DNA of 64,000 nucleotides from contig MU004235.1 of assembly GCA_010405405.1 (NCBI GenBank), positions 76,538 to 140,537 on the forward strand, written 5' to 3'. Positions 1 to 12,203 of the stretch are shown here, piece after piece (within the stretch, counting starts at the first letter, position 1; every line of letters begins with the position of its first letter). The stretch is from Microthyrium microscopicum. Lineage: Eukaryota. A program made the translations under genes and the position numbers. The notes under the pieces were generated by a model. That model did no database searches and had not been told where the DNA came from. It worked only from the letters and a program-made list of their open reading frames with translations.

Positions 1-433
1 GTTCTATAGAACTTACCCAAATACGATGTTTACTCCATGGACCATGTCCACACTCAATACTCATCTTAAATGTGCGTCCATGTCAACAGAATAGTGGACA
101 TAGCTGATTGCACGTCTAATGAGAAAGGGAAAGAGTTATTATTTCACGATAGGTATTCCAGGTTACCTGATGCAGTGGACACAGACAAAGAACTAAGATA
201 TTCAAGCATTGATACACTATCTTTGAAAGAACAAAGAGAGCTGACAAAGAGATACAGAAAACTCCATCGCTGACATTTCATTTAGAAGGTCCATGCTAGG
301 GACAAATATACCTAAGTACCTAATGTATGATACAAGTGATGAAAAATAAGCTCAGTGACCACATCGTGAGCTGAGTTACATGTTCAATAGTGTTACAACA
401 TTGTCAGCAGCTGAAAGCTGAGACCGTGAGTGC

Positions 434-1600
434 TTACCACCGCCAGAAGCGATTAGCACGGATTCCTCGCTTGGTGATAACACCAGCGTTACAAACTGTA
501 CCAGGAGCCAAAGCTTGAGTGACATAAGATCCGTGATCGCAGATACCAAAGCCGGTGGCGCCAACGCAAACTACCGCGCCATTAACGGGACAGCTTGTCT
601 TGCCGGCAGGTACTGCTGCTGGAGCTGCTGGTGCAACCACATTGGGCGTAGCTGGTGGTGGGCCTGCAACTGACGAAGCAACTGGGACAACAGAAAGGGT
701 GGATGAGGACGCAGCTGATGATGCTGCCGCGGTGGTGGTGAGGGTCTGAGTTGAAGTGGACGTTGGTGCGGCGGCCGATGAAGCTGAAGATGCGGGCGCA
801 CTGCTGACGGAAGCAGCAGCGCCGGCCGGTGCTGGCGCTTGAGCGGAGCCTGCTTTGCAAGTACCAAGCGCAGCTGGAGAAGGAGCGTCGCCGGCGGCGG
901 TGGAGTGTTCAACTTCTGCTCCTGGGTTGGGAATATCCAAGACGCCCTCAGTAGTGGTGCAGGTATTGCCGCCAAGATTTGCAACGAAGATGCCTGGAAG
1001 ACCGTTGTAGAATGTTTCGTCGTTGGCACCACCAGTGATGGAGATAGGAGCACAATTCATGTACATCTCTCTGTTGCCAATTTTGTTGAACCACGTCCAG
1101 GCATAAACGAAGTTGCCACTAGGCAGCTTGCTATCAATCTTGACTTGGTATTGCTTGACACATTCAGTTTGGCTAGCGGAAGTACATTGGGCTCCGTTGG
1201 GTCGTTGATCAGCGTCTGCGCCAACAGTGTTGACATTTCCAGCGGCAGTGGCTGGACATCCACCTATGATGGTCTTGATAACCTTCCAATCGTTGGGGTC
1301 ATCGGAGACCTTGTTGTCGGCGCCCAGCTTGAATAGGGAAACTTGACATGAACCACCACCATGAACAGCAGATCCGGTAAATGACATGTTTGTGTTTTGG
1401 CCAGCGGCAACCGGAGCGAAAGGGCCAGTTCCATAATTGCCAGCAACACCTTGCTGACAAGGGAACTGGGCGCCACTGATAGGACTAGTACTGACAGTGT
1501 GAGGGAGATATGGCACAGGATTGGCCATTATCATGTGGGCGTCTACTCCATCGAGTGTAGCGAGGAGTGCAATAGCACCTAGAAAAAAAGAGGAAGACAT
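434..1600 (-). CDS. AA11 lytic polysaccharide monooxygenase (secreted, probably chitin-active) with S/T/A/P linker and C-terminal Cys-rich X278-like module
   Basis: Signal peptide ending VDA followed directly by His (HMIMANPVPY); AVHGGGSCQ second His; NREMYMNCA Tyr motif; low-complexity linker; C-terminal CPVNGAVVC..FGICDHG..GTVC. Single 388-aa ORF. Confidence 0.92.
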   Translation of the reverse strand: MSSSFFLGAIALLATLDGVDAHMIMANPVPYLPHTVSTSPISGAQFPCQQGVAGNYGTGPFAPVAAGQNTNMSFTGSAVHGGGSCQVSLFKLGADNKVSDDPNDWKVIKTIIGGCPATAAGNVNTVGADADQRPNGAQCTSASQTECVKQYQVKIDSKLPSGNFVYAWTWFNKIGNREMYMNCAPISITGGANDETFYNGLPGIFVANLGGNTCTTTEGVLDIPNPGAEVEHSTAAGDAPSPAALGTCKAGSAQAPAPAGAAASVSSAPASSASSAAAPTSTSTQTLTTTAAASSAASSSTLSVVPVASSVAGPPPATPNVVAPAAPAAVPAGKTSCPVNGAVVCVGATGFGICDHGSYVTQALAPGTVCNAGVITKRGIRANRFWRW

Positions 1601-3686
1601 GTTCTTAGAGTTGAATATCGTGTATGCTGCCAGAGCCGTAGTTTTCGATATGTCGATATGAATTCTGTTGGTGGAAGGAGGTTTGTGTTGGAACAGGATA
1701 ATGTATTAAGTATGTCGGATTCTTCAAGGGGAATTGAATTGGCAATCAAACTCTTAAATAGCAATATGCTTTGATCTCTTTCACGTTGGAGCATGGGAAC
1801 AATGACTACAAGGGGGAACACTGTGAGCTTTATTGCTTGGCTTTGTCTAACACAATACATTGTCTGACCTACTCATTTTTCAGTTGTAGTGATGAATAAA
1901 GGTCATAGGATAGGGAGCGCTTACTGTAACCCGCGCTTTCAGCGGCGATGTAGTCCCGCGGTAACCAAGCTCGACACTCACGCGCCCTGTCCTATCACCA
2001 CCACAATCGCGACGAGGATTTATTCATACAGATGTGACTCACCAATTGTTGGTGGAAAACCCGACTGACAATTCCAATGAAGCAAAAACACCTGTGTCCA
2101 ACATGCCGCGTCTACTATGTAGTATGTACCAAAAGTCTTCCATACACAAGGACGTGTACCATGCACCCCTTCATCCCTCAAAGATTATTTTGGGATACAA
2201 TGGTTGACAGCAAACGTCTAGCCCGACCTCCACCAACAGAGGCCAACTTCCACCAGATTCGAGCCATGGTGATTGGTGAATGTCAGACCTGATTCTCCCA
2301 TTCTCGAGTACCGCGTAATCCTGATACCATAGAAAACCAGTAAATTGAGCAGAAGCTCTCCCAATCGAGCCGTGTGATTCATGGTGGCGGCAGGGTTGTC
2401 AAGCCATCCATAAATGGGATCTCAACCTTTTGAATGCTTAAAACAGCAAATCTTTGAGCTTCTTTAATTTCAAAATAAGTCAAGCTGTGTGGGCTTATTA
2501 TCAGGATTGTAACATGCGAATTTCAAGCAATTTTCTTCGCAAAAAGAGACGATAATGGTAGAAAATATGAAGTATGGAAAACGCCACAAAAACGCCCTAG
2601 AGCCTCCACTCAATTCATTGACTTCCTACGGTAGGCGAACTCAGAAATTCAGAATTGTGAGGGCATTTGATTGCATGTATGAGATATTGTCTATGCCCAA
2701 TAGCTTTCTATATTCTATCAATCACGAATTATAAAACGTGAAAACAAAAGAACACAACGTAGTCACCAAAGATTGAAGCAGTAGTCACGATATCTACCTG
2801 TCTTCAGTCACTATAAGTACAACCCAATTCTGTTTCTCTCTACTACCAAAAGGAGGGAAACTGACGGATGTTGAAATCAGAGCCCAATAATTCAGGTGAA
2901 TCACCGTCCAACTCAGCATTTCGAGGAAGTGTTGCTGGAAATCTTTTTTGACAATTTGGATGACCTTCATTCTGCGAAACACGTGCGAATAATTACCAAG
3001 TTTACCGGTCTTACTTAAAAGGCAGAATCGCTGGATTGTGCTGGTCTTCCAATCGAACGTCTTGACTGCCATATACACTATTCTATCAAAACAGAATTTT
3101 CTTTTTGATTGTTGAGTCTGCTGTGACGTTAAGCTTATCCGAGTCTGAGATTGTACTGGGCTTCCACCGATCAAGCATTAGTATCAATAGGGAAACAGTT
3201 GACTGAATATGCTTACAACAGAAATAGATACATTGTGTGTATATCTTGTGCCGAAGACCTTGTCGAATGTCCATTGAGAATGTTCATCTTAAGACTTTAA
3301 TTATTAGTTCAGGGATTACAGTTCTTGAGAGATGACTTAATATTTTCCCGCATCTTTGAATTCCATATTAGGGCACTAACATTACCGGTTGGTGATTCCC
3401 TAAACAATTAACACGCGAAGAAGGAGCAACTTGATTGGATCATGAGTATGATTCGGGTGATTAATGGACGAAAAAATAACCAGCGTGCCCATGTTCAATG
3501 ATGTTGCGGGAAAAATATGGCTGGAAGTACTGTAATATACTTCATGTCTGTTCCTGAGTACCCCAGATTTGAGAGACGAATCAAAGTCATATCAATACCT
3601 ATAATTGCTCAGCGGGAAACATTTTTCGAAGTGCAGCAGGACAACATTCGCTTGTAAGCTCCGCGCTTATTACTGGTCCTGCAAAC

Positions 3687-5092
3687 ATGAGATACCTTTC
3701 AGTAATCGCCGTGGTTGCCGCATGCGGACTGTCGGTCGAATCGAGACCGGAAAATAGAGTACAAGGTCCTTCAGAGTCATGTACCAATCCGCGGATTCGT
3801 AAAGAATGGTGTGTACTTCACAGATCAAGTAAAACACAAAAGACTAAATTGATCTCACAGGCGCTCTCTATCCATTCAGGAGCGCAAAGATTACATTCGA
3901 GCTACCAAATGTATGCAATCCGCGCCATCAAAGTTCAATAAGCAGTTCCCAGTGGCGCAGAACAGATACGATGATTTTGTAGCTCTTCATGTGAGTGTTG
4001 CTGTGGCTGGTATGTATCACCTGTTCTATGTACTACGAGTAGCCGCTGATACTCTGAATAGGACCCACAACTCCCTCAGTTGGACCAGCTTTTGGTGGCC
4101 ACGAGGAGGGAAATATTCTGCCATGGCATAGATACATGATTCAGCTGTGGGAAGATGGTTAGTTTTGACATACACAGACAACGAAAACGAACCCTGGATT
4201 TGAACATGTTAAGCTAACGAAAATGCCAGCGTTGATATCCGAATGCGGTTGGAAAGGCGGAGTTCCATGTGAGAAGATGTTTTTATGACCAAAGAAGCTA
4301 CTAACGCCCGCCAGACTGGAACTGGTTCTTGGATACCCCCAGTGGCGGAGGCTCATTCACCAAATCTCCAATCTTTGACCCAGACTCAGGCTTCGGAGGC
4401 AACGGCAAGAAAATCAACAGCACTTTCTCCCTCCCAGGTGCCACAGGAGGTGGTTGCGTAGACAGTGGACCGTTCCAGCAGGTGGTGCTTCATATTGGAC
4501 CGTCCGGATTAATGAAGCTAAACAACAATCGCTGTCTGACTCGTAACTTCATTCCTTGGATAGTAGAGTCTGATGCTGCAAAGTCGACTCTAGTCAAAGC
4601 ACTTGACTCTAAGACATTCGGAGATTTTATGGAGCAAGTACAGAGAACAGGTCATGCTCATGGTGGCATTCCTACCATGGAGACGATCTTTAGTGATTTG
4701 CACAGCATTGGTCATTACTCTATTAATGGAGAGGTAAGTCCACATTGAGTCTTCTGGAGACGACCATAATAACAGTCGCGTAGATGGGCGATCCTTTGAC
4801 ATCGATCAACGAGCCTTTGTTCTGGTTGCACCACGGCGGAATTGATCAATTTTGGTCGGTATGGCAAGACAAAGACCCTAAGCGATTGTACGACTTAGAC
4901 GCAAGCCCAAAGAGAAACCTTGGGGCCAAGGCTGGAGATGGATTGCTCGATATGGGTATCTTCGCACCAAACAAAACAGTTCATCAGGTGGCAGATCCCT
5001 TGAATCGAGATGGCAGTGGTATTCTCTGCTTCAGATATGAAGGTCTGCCGATCGAGAGATACTTGGAAAAGCCAAAGGTCCAATCTCCATGA
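3687..5092 (+). CDS. Secreted tyrosinase/catechol oxidase-family di-copper protein (short type, multi-exon)
   Basis: Signal peptide; spliced CTNPRIRKEWRSLS..ERKDYIRATKC; CuA His in RYDDFVALH, GGHEEG and LPWHR; CuB His in DLHSIGH and EPLFWLHHGGID; GT-AG introns join the ORF fragments. Confidence 0.9.
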
Positions 5093-5561
5093 TGTCTGTT
5101 GAGCGAATCCGCGCTGAGTTTAGACCAACGTTTTCACTGAATGCCGTTTCTATGTTCGTTATGATGATGGTAACCCATCAAGGTAGTCGTGCCGAACTCT
5201 TAGTGGGGTCCTTCGCTCAAAGGCCTCTTTATTCCCGACGCCGTCTTCTATTTCGTCACCAGGCCCTTGATTAGTAGACAGTCATGCAACAGCAGCCAGT
5301 CCGGTCGAGGATAAAGGTCCCATTAGGGTGTTTCTCCGATAGGATTGTGAGTGTCTGATAGTCAATTTATGGAGTACGTACATACAAGGTAGTAGCTACT
5401 GGCAATACCACGCAGTAGTCATGGTGCAAGGCATTGAAGTAGCTGAGGTGGTTGATGTATGGTTAGATGCTGCGCTCTTCCCTTTTGTTTCTCGACCATG
5501 TATCACTTTGCAACAGAAAGAAGAAGATGGAGAGCAAACAAAGATAGGGGTCAATAATGAT

Positions 5562-5588
5562 CTTATCTTATCTTGCCAGGATCTTATC
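5562..5588 (-). promoter_or_regulatory. Three GATAAG elements upstream of BRX1
   Basis: CTTATC at 5562, 5567 and 5583, about 130-155 bp upstream of the BRX1 ATG, followed by a T-tract near 5631-5639. Confidence 0.5.
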
Positions 5589-5718
5589 TAACTTTTGGCT
5601 AGCTCCATCTCGAAAGCTTCAAACTCCAACTTTTTTTTTCCGCGATCTTGTCCAACCACCCCTCCACAGCCAAAAACATTCCGCTCCTTCTTCCTGAAAC
5701 CCCATCACACCCTCGAAA

Positions 5719-6660
5719 ATGGCAGCGGTCTACAAAGCTCTCTCGAATGGCTCCAAGAAATCAAAACCTTCCACAGACACAAGCACACCAGACCCCACAA
5801 CCATCGCACTCCTCAAGCAAACCCGCCAGCGACTTCTTCTCCTTCCCTCGCGCGGCGTAACCTTTCGGCACCGCCATCTCCTTAACGACCTCGCCGCCCT
5901 CCTCCCACATGCCCGCCGTGAATCAAAACTCGACACCAAGACACAACTTACCCAGCTCAACGAGCTCGCGGATCTCTACAACTGCACCACCGTCCTCTTC
6001 TTCGAAGCGCGCAAAGGCAAAGACCTGTATGCCTGGCTTTCCAAACCGCCAAATGGTCCTACCATCAAATTCCATGTGCAGAATCTGCATACCATGGATG
6101 AACTACACTTCACAGGAAACTGTCTGCGCGGTAGCAGGCCGATACTGAGCTTCGATGGTGCATTTGACGCAGCGCCGCATTGGCGACTGGCAAAAGAGAT
6201 GCTACGACAGGCGTTTGGTGTGCCACCTGGTGCAAGGCGGAGCAAGCCGTTTGTGGACCATGTAGTAGGCTTCACGCTGGTGGGCGGACGAGTATGGATA
6301 CGGTGCTATCAAATTGCCGAGACGGAAACGGACAAGAGCAAGAAGACAGACAAGATGGACAAGCAGACAGTGGAGGGGGAAAGTGGAGGAACGAGTCTGG
6401 TAGAAATCGGACCCCGCTTTGTCCTTACACCCATTGTCATTTTGGAAGGAAGCTTCGGTGGCCCGGTCATCTACGAGAACAAGGAGTTTGTGTCGCCAAA
6501 TGCGGTGCGGTCAGAGCTGTTGCGCAAGAAAGCAGGCAAGTTCAACGTGCGTGCCCGTCACGGAGTGGAGACCAAGGCGAAACTGGATGAATTGGGATTG
6601 GCGACGGGCGGAAAGAAAATGCCGCGGGATCCCTTGGATAATCGCGAAATGTTTGCTTGA
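5719..6660 (+). CDS. BRX1: Ribosome biogenesis protein Brx1 (Brix domain)
   Basis: SRGVTFRHRHLLNDL, LNELADLYNC, NGPTIKFHVQNLHTMDELHFTGNCL, LVEIGPRFVLTPIVILEGSFGGPVIYENKEFVSPN. Confidence 0.96.
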   Translation: MAAVYKALSNGSKKSKPSTDTSTPDPTTIALLKQTRQRLLLLPSRGVTFRHRHLLNDLAALLPHARRESKLDTKTQLTQLNELADLYNCTTVLFFEARKGKDLYAWLSKPPNGPTIKFHVQNLHTMDELHFTGNCLRGSRPILSFDGAFDAAPHWRLAKEMLRQAFGVPPGARRSKPFVDHVVGFTLVGGRVWIRCYQIAETETDKSKKTDKMDKQTVEGESGGTSLVEIGPRFVLTPIVILEGSFGGPVIYENKEFVSPNAVRSELLRKKAGKFNVRARHGVETKAKLDELGLATGGKKMPRDPLDNREMFA

Positions 6661-7058
6661 ACAAAAGGCATTGGACGGCGTTTCGAGGGGAGTGGTATAT
6701 ATACCCGGATTCTGTACTTTTGCTCTTCAATGTCAATTCCTATAATTGATTAGGCTGGACATAGTATCAGTGCTGGTGATGTGGCTCATATAAAACAATC
6801 ACCAATTGAAGACAGCTTGAAACATGACACAAACTATTCTGTCGCATTTTATGCTGCTGGTGTGTCAGTATAACACTTGTAGCAACCAACCTGAAGGTCG
6901 TCAAAATTTGATGTCGATAGTGCACGTGTCGCCCAGCGATCCTTGCAGAGCTATGGAGTACGGCGAGCTTCCAAGTCGCGAGACGTGTGGGAAATCGAGA
7001 TACAGACTCCCATTCTAAGTTTCTAGTAAACTCTTACCTTTCCAAGTCACAAATCAGT

Positions 7059-8027
7059 ATGGTTAAGCACAAGCGCGCGCCGAGTGCGCAGAACATATCC
7101 CATCACCAAAAGAAACGCCAGCGCACCTCAATGAGGGACCTCCCTGACTGGTACAGACGAATGGGCTTCAATCATTACCTGGAAGGCAGGGAACTAGATC
7201 CCGAGGAATTTGATGAAGATATCTCAGATCTGGAAGAGAAGCCTGAGCGCGGAGAGTCTGACTGTGAATGCGAGGATTTCCACGACGAAGATTGTGAATT
7301 CGCCGATGACGATGGAGATACCGAGCGCTCTTACGACGGCTCGGATGTCGAAAACTATTATGATCTGAAAGAAAAACGAGAAGACAGGAAACGGGAGACT
7401 CTTCGTGAAGCAAAAGAGAAGCAGGCTGCGGTAGATGGGGAACGGGAGGAGGTGGAGAACCTTGTCGCTACTTACGAAACTGAACTCGCCGATGGAAAGC
7501 ATCTCAGCATGCCCTCTGAAGTTGATTTCATCAGGGGAAACAGCTCAGCTTACGACATTTTCTGCCCTGAGCTTGTGGACTACATGGAGACAGGATTACC
7601 ATGCGATATCAAACACATTCAATTCACTACAACCAGCGAAGCTCACTGGTTTTCGGTGGAAATTTATCTTGGCATGGATGTCTCTATTTGTCTCGATTCA
7701 TTTCAGATAGAGGAAGGAACAGAAATAGATGAACTGCAGCTCGAGTGCCTCGAAGGAGGATACGAAACCAGCATGGAATTTGTTGGCAAAGATTATATCA
7801 CCTTGAGTATTCCCAGAGAGTCTGTTCTGGAGGCGCTGAAGGAGGAGGGATTCGATATTTCGGACCCTGCCCCGCGATTCTTTGAGTTTGTAGGCCTCAA
7901 TCTTGCTCTCTCACGGGAAAAGAAGAAGAAATGGCTAGAAGAACAGAAGAAGAATCGGCCGAAGACGCCTCCTTCACCTCGGGACACTTTCTTCGAGCGA
8001 ACTCAGGGATACTACTTGGAGCTATAG
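7059..8027 (+). CDS. Hypothetical acidic protein with basic NLS-like N-terminus
   Basis: Uninterrupted ORF of about 322 aa from ATG 7059; KKRQR basic patch, D/E-rich tract with CECEDFHDEDC, charged helix. Family not recognised. Confidence 0.75.
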   Translation: MVKHKRAPSAQNISHHQKKRQRTSMRDLPDWYRRMGFNHYLEGRELDPEEFDEDISDLEEKPERGESDCECEDFHDEDCEFADDDGDTERSYDGSDVENYYDLKEKREDRKRETLREAKEKQAAVDGEREEVENLVATYETELADGKHLSMPSEVDFIRGNSSAYDIFCPELVDYMETGLPCDIKHIQFTTTSEAHWFSVEIYLGMDVSICLDSFQIEEGTEIDELQLECLEGGYETSMEFVGKDYITLSIPRESVLEALKEEGFDISDPAPRFFEFVGLNLALSREKKKKWLEEQKKNRPKTPPSPRDTFFERTQGYYLEL

Positions 8028-8235
8028 TCCTTCGTATCACAAGTTAGAGCAGACTTGGCAGGAAAGCGAATATAATTGACCACGATCTCCATCATTTTTA
8101 AGGTACAAAGAAAGAAGAAGACAAAACTCAAGCCAGAGACACAAAACTCTTGAACAAGCTCAGAAAGTAACAACTGAAACGCTATGCTGGCTAAACAAAT
8201 CTAGAAGAGAAATGAAAATGCAAGAGAATCGGGAT

Positions 8236-8541
8236 CTAGCATCGACCATTCTTGGCACGTTTGAGGCACTAGAGATGTATTAGATGTTGCAGAGAATACG
8301 CAGAGAAAACTGTAAAACTCACAAAGGGGATATCGGCATGAACTGTACCGCATTGCACGTCATTGTCACTCATCAAGCTTGTGTAGGCCTTGCAAGGGTC
8401 AACACCACTCTTGATGGTAATTGGAATGCAGCACTTTGGCCTTGCAAGGTTAGCATCGACAGAGTCAATGCTGCCTTCGACGGGAGCGGCGGTGGCCATG
8501 AAGCCGAAGGCGAGGATGGAGATGATGGTGGTGAATTGCAT
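8236..8541 (-). CDS. Small secreted Cys-rich protein (83 aa, 6 Cys), effector candidate
   Basis: MQFTTIISILAFGFMATA signal peptide; intron 8269-8322 (GTGAGT..CTAAT..TAG) adds CLKRAKNGRC*; TATATAA about 135 bp upstream. Confidence 0.85.
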
Positions 8542-9270
8542 TTTGAATTTGGTTGGTTGGATGATTGGAAAGTTGAAGTGTTGGAAGTGAATTGAAAGTG
8601 ATTGTTGAAGTAGTGGATTGATGCTGTTGATTGTTGCTGTCTGGATATTTCCTTTTCCATGCCCATCATCGTCTCTTATATACACAATTGGCAACTCTAC
8701 ATTTTTATCAGTCACTGCTGTGGTGGATCTCGAAAGCTTCATCGCATGTCTAAAGATACTGATGTGTACCGGGTCTGAATCCAAGTGCAACTGATACATG
8801 GTCTATATCGGGTGTAGGAACCGTGAATGATTCTAGAAGGGATCATGGCTGCTGGGGTCTCTCAGGTACGTTTTCTCCTGCAACAGATATTACGACTATC
8901 AATAGTTCAAGATACCCGGATGCTCTTCTAGAAAGACGTATTTTGGTTCCTTTGAGCCAATGGCTCCTCTAGAAACTTGGTCGATGGCCTGTGGACGAAG
9001 AGCTGGTCAAAGCGGTATTATTGGGATCAGAACTTATTATCAAGTCCAAATGGGGAACATTTTAATATACGAGAACTACGAAATCGGACATCGATGTACG
9101 AAACATTCTTTCCCTCCTCCCTATCACTGCACACAGCAGCACTAAATGGCTATTTTTAGACGTCTATATGCACATCTTCTAGATCGCTAACATAAAATAG
9201 GCACAATCCCAATCAAAGTAAATGAATTCTGATGATACATGGATATAAAGAACTTAATATCTCCACAGTC

Positions 9271-10608
9271 CTATAGGATTTTCTCATCCTCATTGGCCCG
9301 CTCCTTCGCAGCAAAAACACCCGCCAGGACCACGAAAGAAGCTAAACTTAAACCCAAGATCGCTCTTCCTCTAAATCCTTGTTTCTTCTTCAATTCCTCA
9401 TCGGTACCCAGAATCTTCACCACGTCTTTTCGCCACACATAACTGCCGCCACTCCATAGTGTTGTGGCAGTGACTACGTACTGCATTACTCTGAGGCCAG
9501 AGTTTAGTGCGTCGGTGGTTAGGCCGGCGGTTGTTAGTACGGCGGGTATCATGGCATTGGTTATGACAGGTAACGTTAGTGTTGAGCCGATCACGGCAAG
9601 CTGGAGAAATGTGTTGAATTTCGAAATTCCTGTAGGATGGACTTCAGCGCTGGGAAGTGAGAAATCCCAGTATCGCATAAACGTTTTTGGATGCGGGAGT
9701 GACGCGTAGCGGTAGTATATTGCTGCGATTCCGAGTGCTACATCGCGTCCAAGGATCAAGGTTGCCAGCCAAACTATTCACATTAATGAAATAGGCTCAT
9801 GTATGACAAGTTTCATGGTGATACGTACGTGGTAGAGCGCCTTTGATAGCCAAACATATGACAACGACAGTCATCAGTGCTTTATCGGCCATGGGATCAA
9901 TTACGGAGCCGACGACGGTTTGCAGGTTGTATTTGCGAGCCATCCAGCCATCAATGAGATCTGTGATGCCCGCATAGGCGAATAGGCCCACAGCCCATAG
10001 TTGCTGGTCGTGGAGGATGAGATAGCCGACGACTGGTGCGGCGATGAGTCGGGTTACTGTGAGGAAGTTGGGGATGGTGTATATGTTTTCGTGGGAACTT
10101 AGGCCTGCGAAACGCTCCTTCATGCGTTGTTGGAGGACTTTGGTTGTGTCTATCAATCTAGGTTTTGGTGATGATGATGGTGGTTGCTGTGATGTTAGTC
10201 AGCCTTTGGCACTTGCTTCTTTTACGAAGAGAATAAATTGATCTCTGGGACGATCATATTTCCCGACCACATTGTACGGTCTAATCCGATTGAGAGCATC
10301 AAACATACCTCGTTACTGGGTTGTTTCTGCTCTTTCCATCTCGTACTCGTGGATAAATATCGCACCCTAATAACGCAGTCAGATCCATCAGATCTAAAGA
10401 AAAATACCTAGCAAGGCTTCACGTACCCGATATATTTGCTGGACATAGACCATCTAGAAAGAGGTCGCGTGGCTGAACTGCAACACCAAGATCTGGACGC
10501 GGAGTTTTGGCATCTCGACGACAACCTGGGCGCAACAGCGGCAAGATCGCGTCGAAAACCGCCTGATAACAGTTTACTCCGCGAGTTCAGAGCTGCTAGT
10601 CGCGTCAT
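9271..10608 (-). CDS. CRD1: Cardiolipin synthase (CDP-alcohol phosphatidyltransferase), multi-exon
   Basis: HENIYTIPNFLTVTRL, AGITDLIDGWMARK..GSVIDPMADK CDP-alcohol motif, ILGRDV, PTGISKFNTFLQ; Arg/Ser-rich mitochondrial-type leader from ATG 10608 (start inferred). Confidence 0.9.
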
Positions 10609-11048
10609 CGTGTCGAAACTCCATAAGTTCTGCGAAAATACCGGAATCCTGTTCTGGGTGAGGTTGGCTTCGTCACTAAATTCGATTTTTGGAAATACCG
10701 TAGGGCACGTGACAACACATAAGATCAACTGGTCAAACGGAATTTTTATATGCAAAGTGAGAAGTTTTGATAGGAAGAAACGACTTCGTCTATTGATTCA
10801 ATTGATAAACGCTTGAGGCCATGCTTCTAATTGCTGGCTGGTTCCACAGCGAGTACAACCATGCTTAGAAATTTGCATGCTAAGGTAGAACTAGAAGCCC
10901 ATGCAACCTGGAGTGCTCTTCATTTCCTGATACATTCAAGTCTATTCTTCTCTCTAGGTATCTAGTCTATGATATTGTTGGCGCTTTCGTAACAAGACCT
11001 AATGCTACCTCTTACATGAAAGCACAATATCCAAATCGCCAGGCTTAT

Positions 11049-12203
11049 TCATGCCGGTGTGAGAAGTGCTGGTGCGACAAGCACTGGTATGGGAAGTGCT
11101 GGTAATGCGGTCTTGGTTGCGCATTTATCCGCAGCACACCGAGCGCAAGCACAAACGAATCCCCAAATAGACTGCGTGTGCTTCCCTCGTTTCTCGGCCG
11201 GCATGTCATTCTCATCACCACCCAGGTAGCTGATGTTAAGTTGTTCGCCAGCCTTGATGTCGTGCCGAGCCCAGAAAGACCATTGTCTACCCTCGCGAGT
11301 CTTACTCACATTTGGTGAACAGGAATGGTTGAAGTAGCTGGCCTCTGGCCATACACCCCATCCGAAGAACTCGGATCCAGAATCGTCCAGACTTCGAATG
11401 CCGAATGCGTTGTGGGTGTCGTGAGCCACGATTTGATGGCAAACTGTCGGAGTGATAGATGGAAGTAGTTCCACTGGTAGTAAGCATAACAGATGCAGGT
11501 AGCTGTGAACATGTTGTCGAAGATGAAAAGCGCTCGAAAAGGGCGTCGTGTCGGCCGCCAAATCCAACAATGAAGTCCAAGCCGTCTGTCCCTTGCGGTC
11601 CAGCTCGCTAGTCGTCGCGGAGTGATGATGCGCCAGAGCTCCAGCAACCAGAAAGTAAAGAATATCCGGATGCGGACACACTCCAAGGGCAGCTTGCACC
11701 GCTCTCCGATGTGGTTTCGCATTCGATCCTTTCCGCGCCTGGTCGATGAAATGGGCAGTTCCTTCAATGGCCTCCCAAATGGCATCGATTTCTACTTTAC
11801 TCGGGCGGCGTGGATAGTCGCCCATGGAGATATCACCATCGCCGTCAGTGGGCTCGGCAGTGCCGTTGACGAGACCGCTTGATCCCATCTTGCCCGACTT
11901 GCGTTTGAGAAAAGCTTCTACAGATTCCCAGGCTTCCATGCCTAACTTACCTGTTGATATCTCCCAAGTCTCTTGACACTCGGTGCTACAGAAGGAGAAA
12001 TTGGTGGCTGTGTTCCGTACTTTGAGATTTCTGCCTCGCTCGTAGAGAAAACAGTTTGCGCATACTTCTCGTCGGTACTCGCGTTGGATTACTGCGAGTG
12101 AGGTGAAATCTGTGGCGAGGAGAGGTGTGTTTTTGGGCACATCTTTGGTTGCAAAAACACCTCTTCCGGCGTGAGCAGTTTGCGTTACTTCGAAGAGAGA
12201 CAT
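11049..12203 (-). CDS. SET6: SET-domain lysine methyltransferase, Set6/SMYD-like
   Basis: AGRGVFATKD, inserted CANC..FCSTEC Zn motif, ASYFNHSCSPN, GEQLNISYL, post-SET FVCACARC; likely start MSLFEV at 12203. Confidence 0.82.
   Translation of the reverse strand: MSLFEVTQTAHAGRGVFATKDVPKNTPLLATDFTSLAVIQREYRREVCANCFLYERGRNLKVRNTATNFSFCSTECQETWEISTGKLGMEAWESVEAFLKRKSGKMGSSGLVNGTAEPTDGDGDISMGDYPRRPSKVEIDAIWEAIEGTAHFIDQARKGSNAKPHRRAVQAALGVCPHPDILYFLVAGALAHHHSATTSELDRKGQTAWTSLLDLAADTTPFSSAFHLRQHVHSYLHLLCLLPVELLPSITPTVCHQIVAHDTHNAFGIRSLDDSGSEFFGWGVWPEASYFNHSCSPNVSKTREGRQWSFWARHDIKAGEQLNISYLGGDENDMPAEKRGKHTQSIWGFVCACARCAADKCATKTALPALPIPVLVAPALLTPA

Noticed and set aside
2794..3290. Possible small spliced gene on the minus strand
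   Set aside because: Splice-like signals are present but no coherent ORF or recognisable motif could be assembled.
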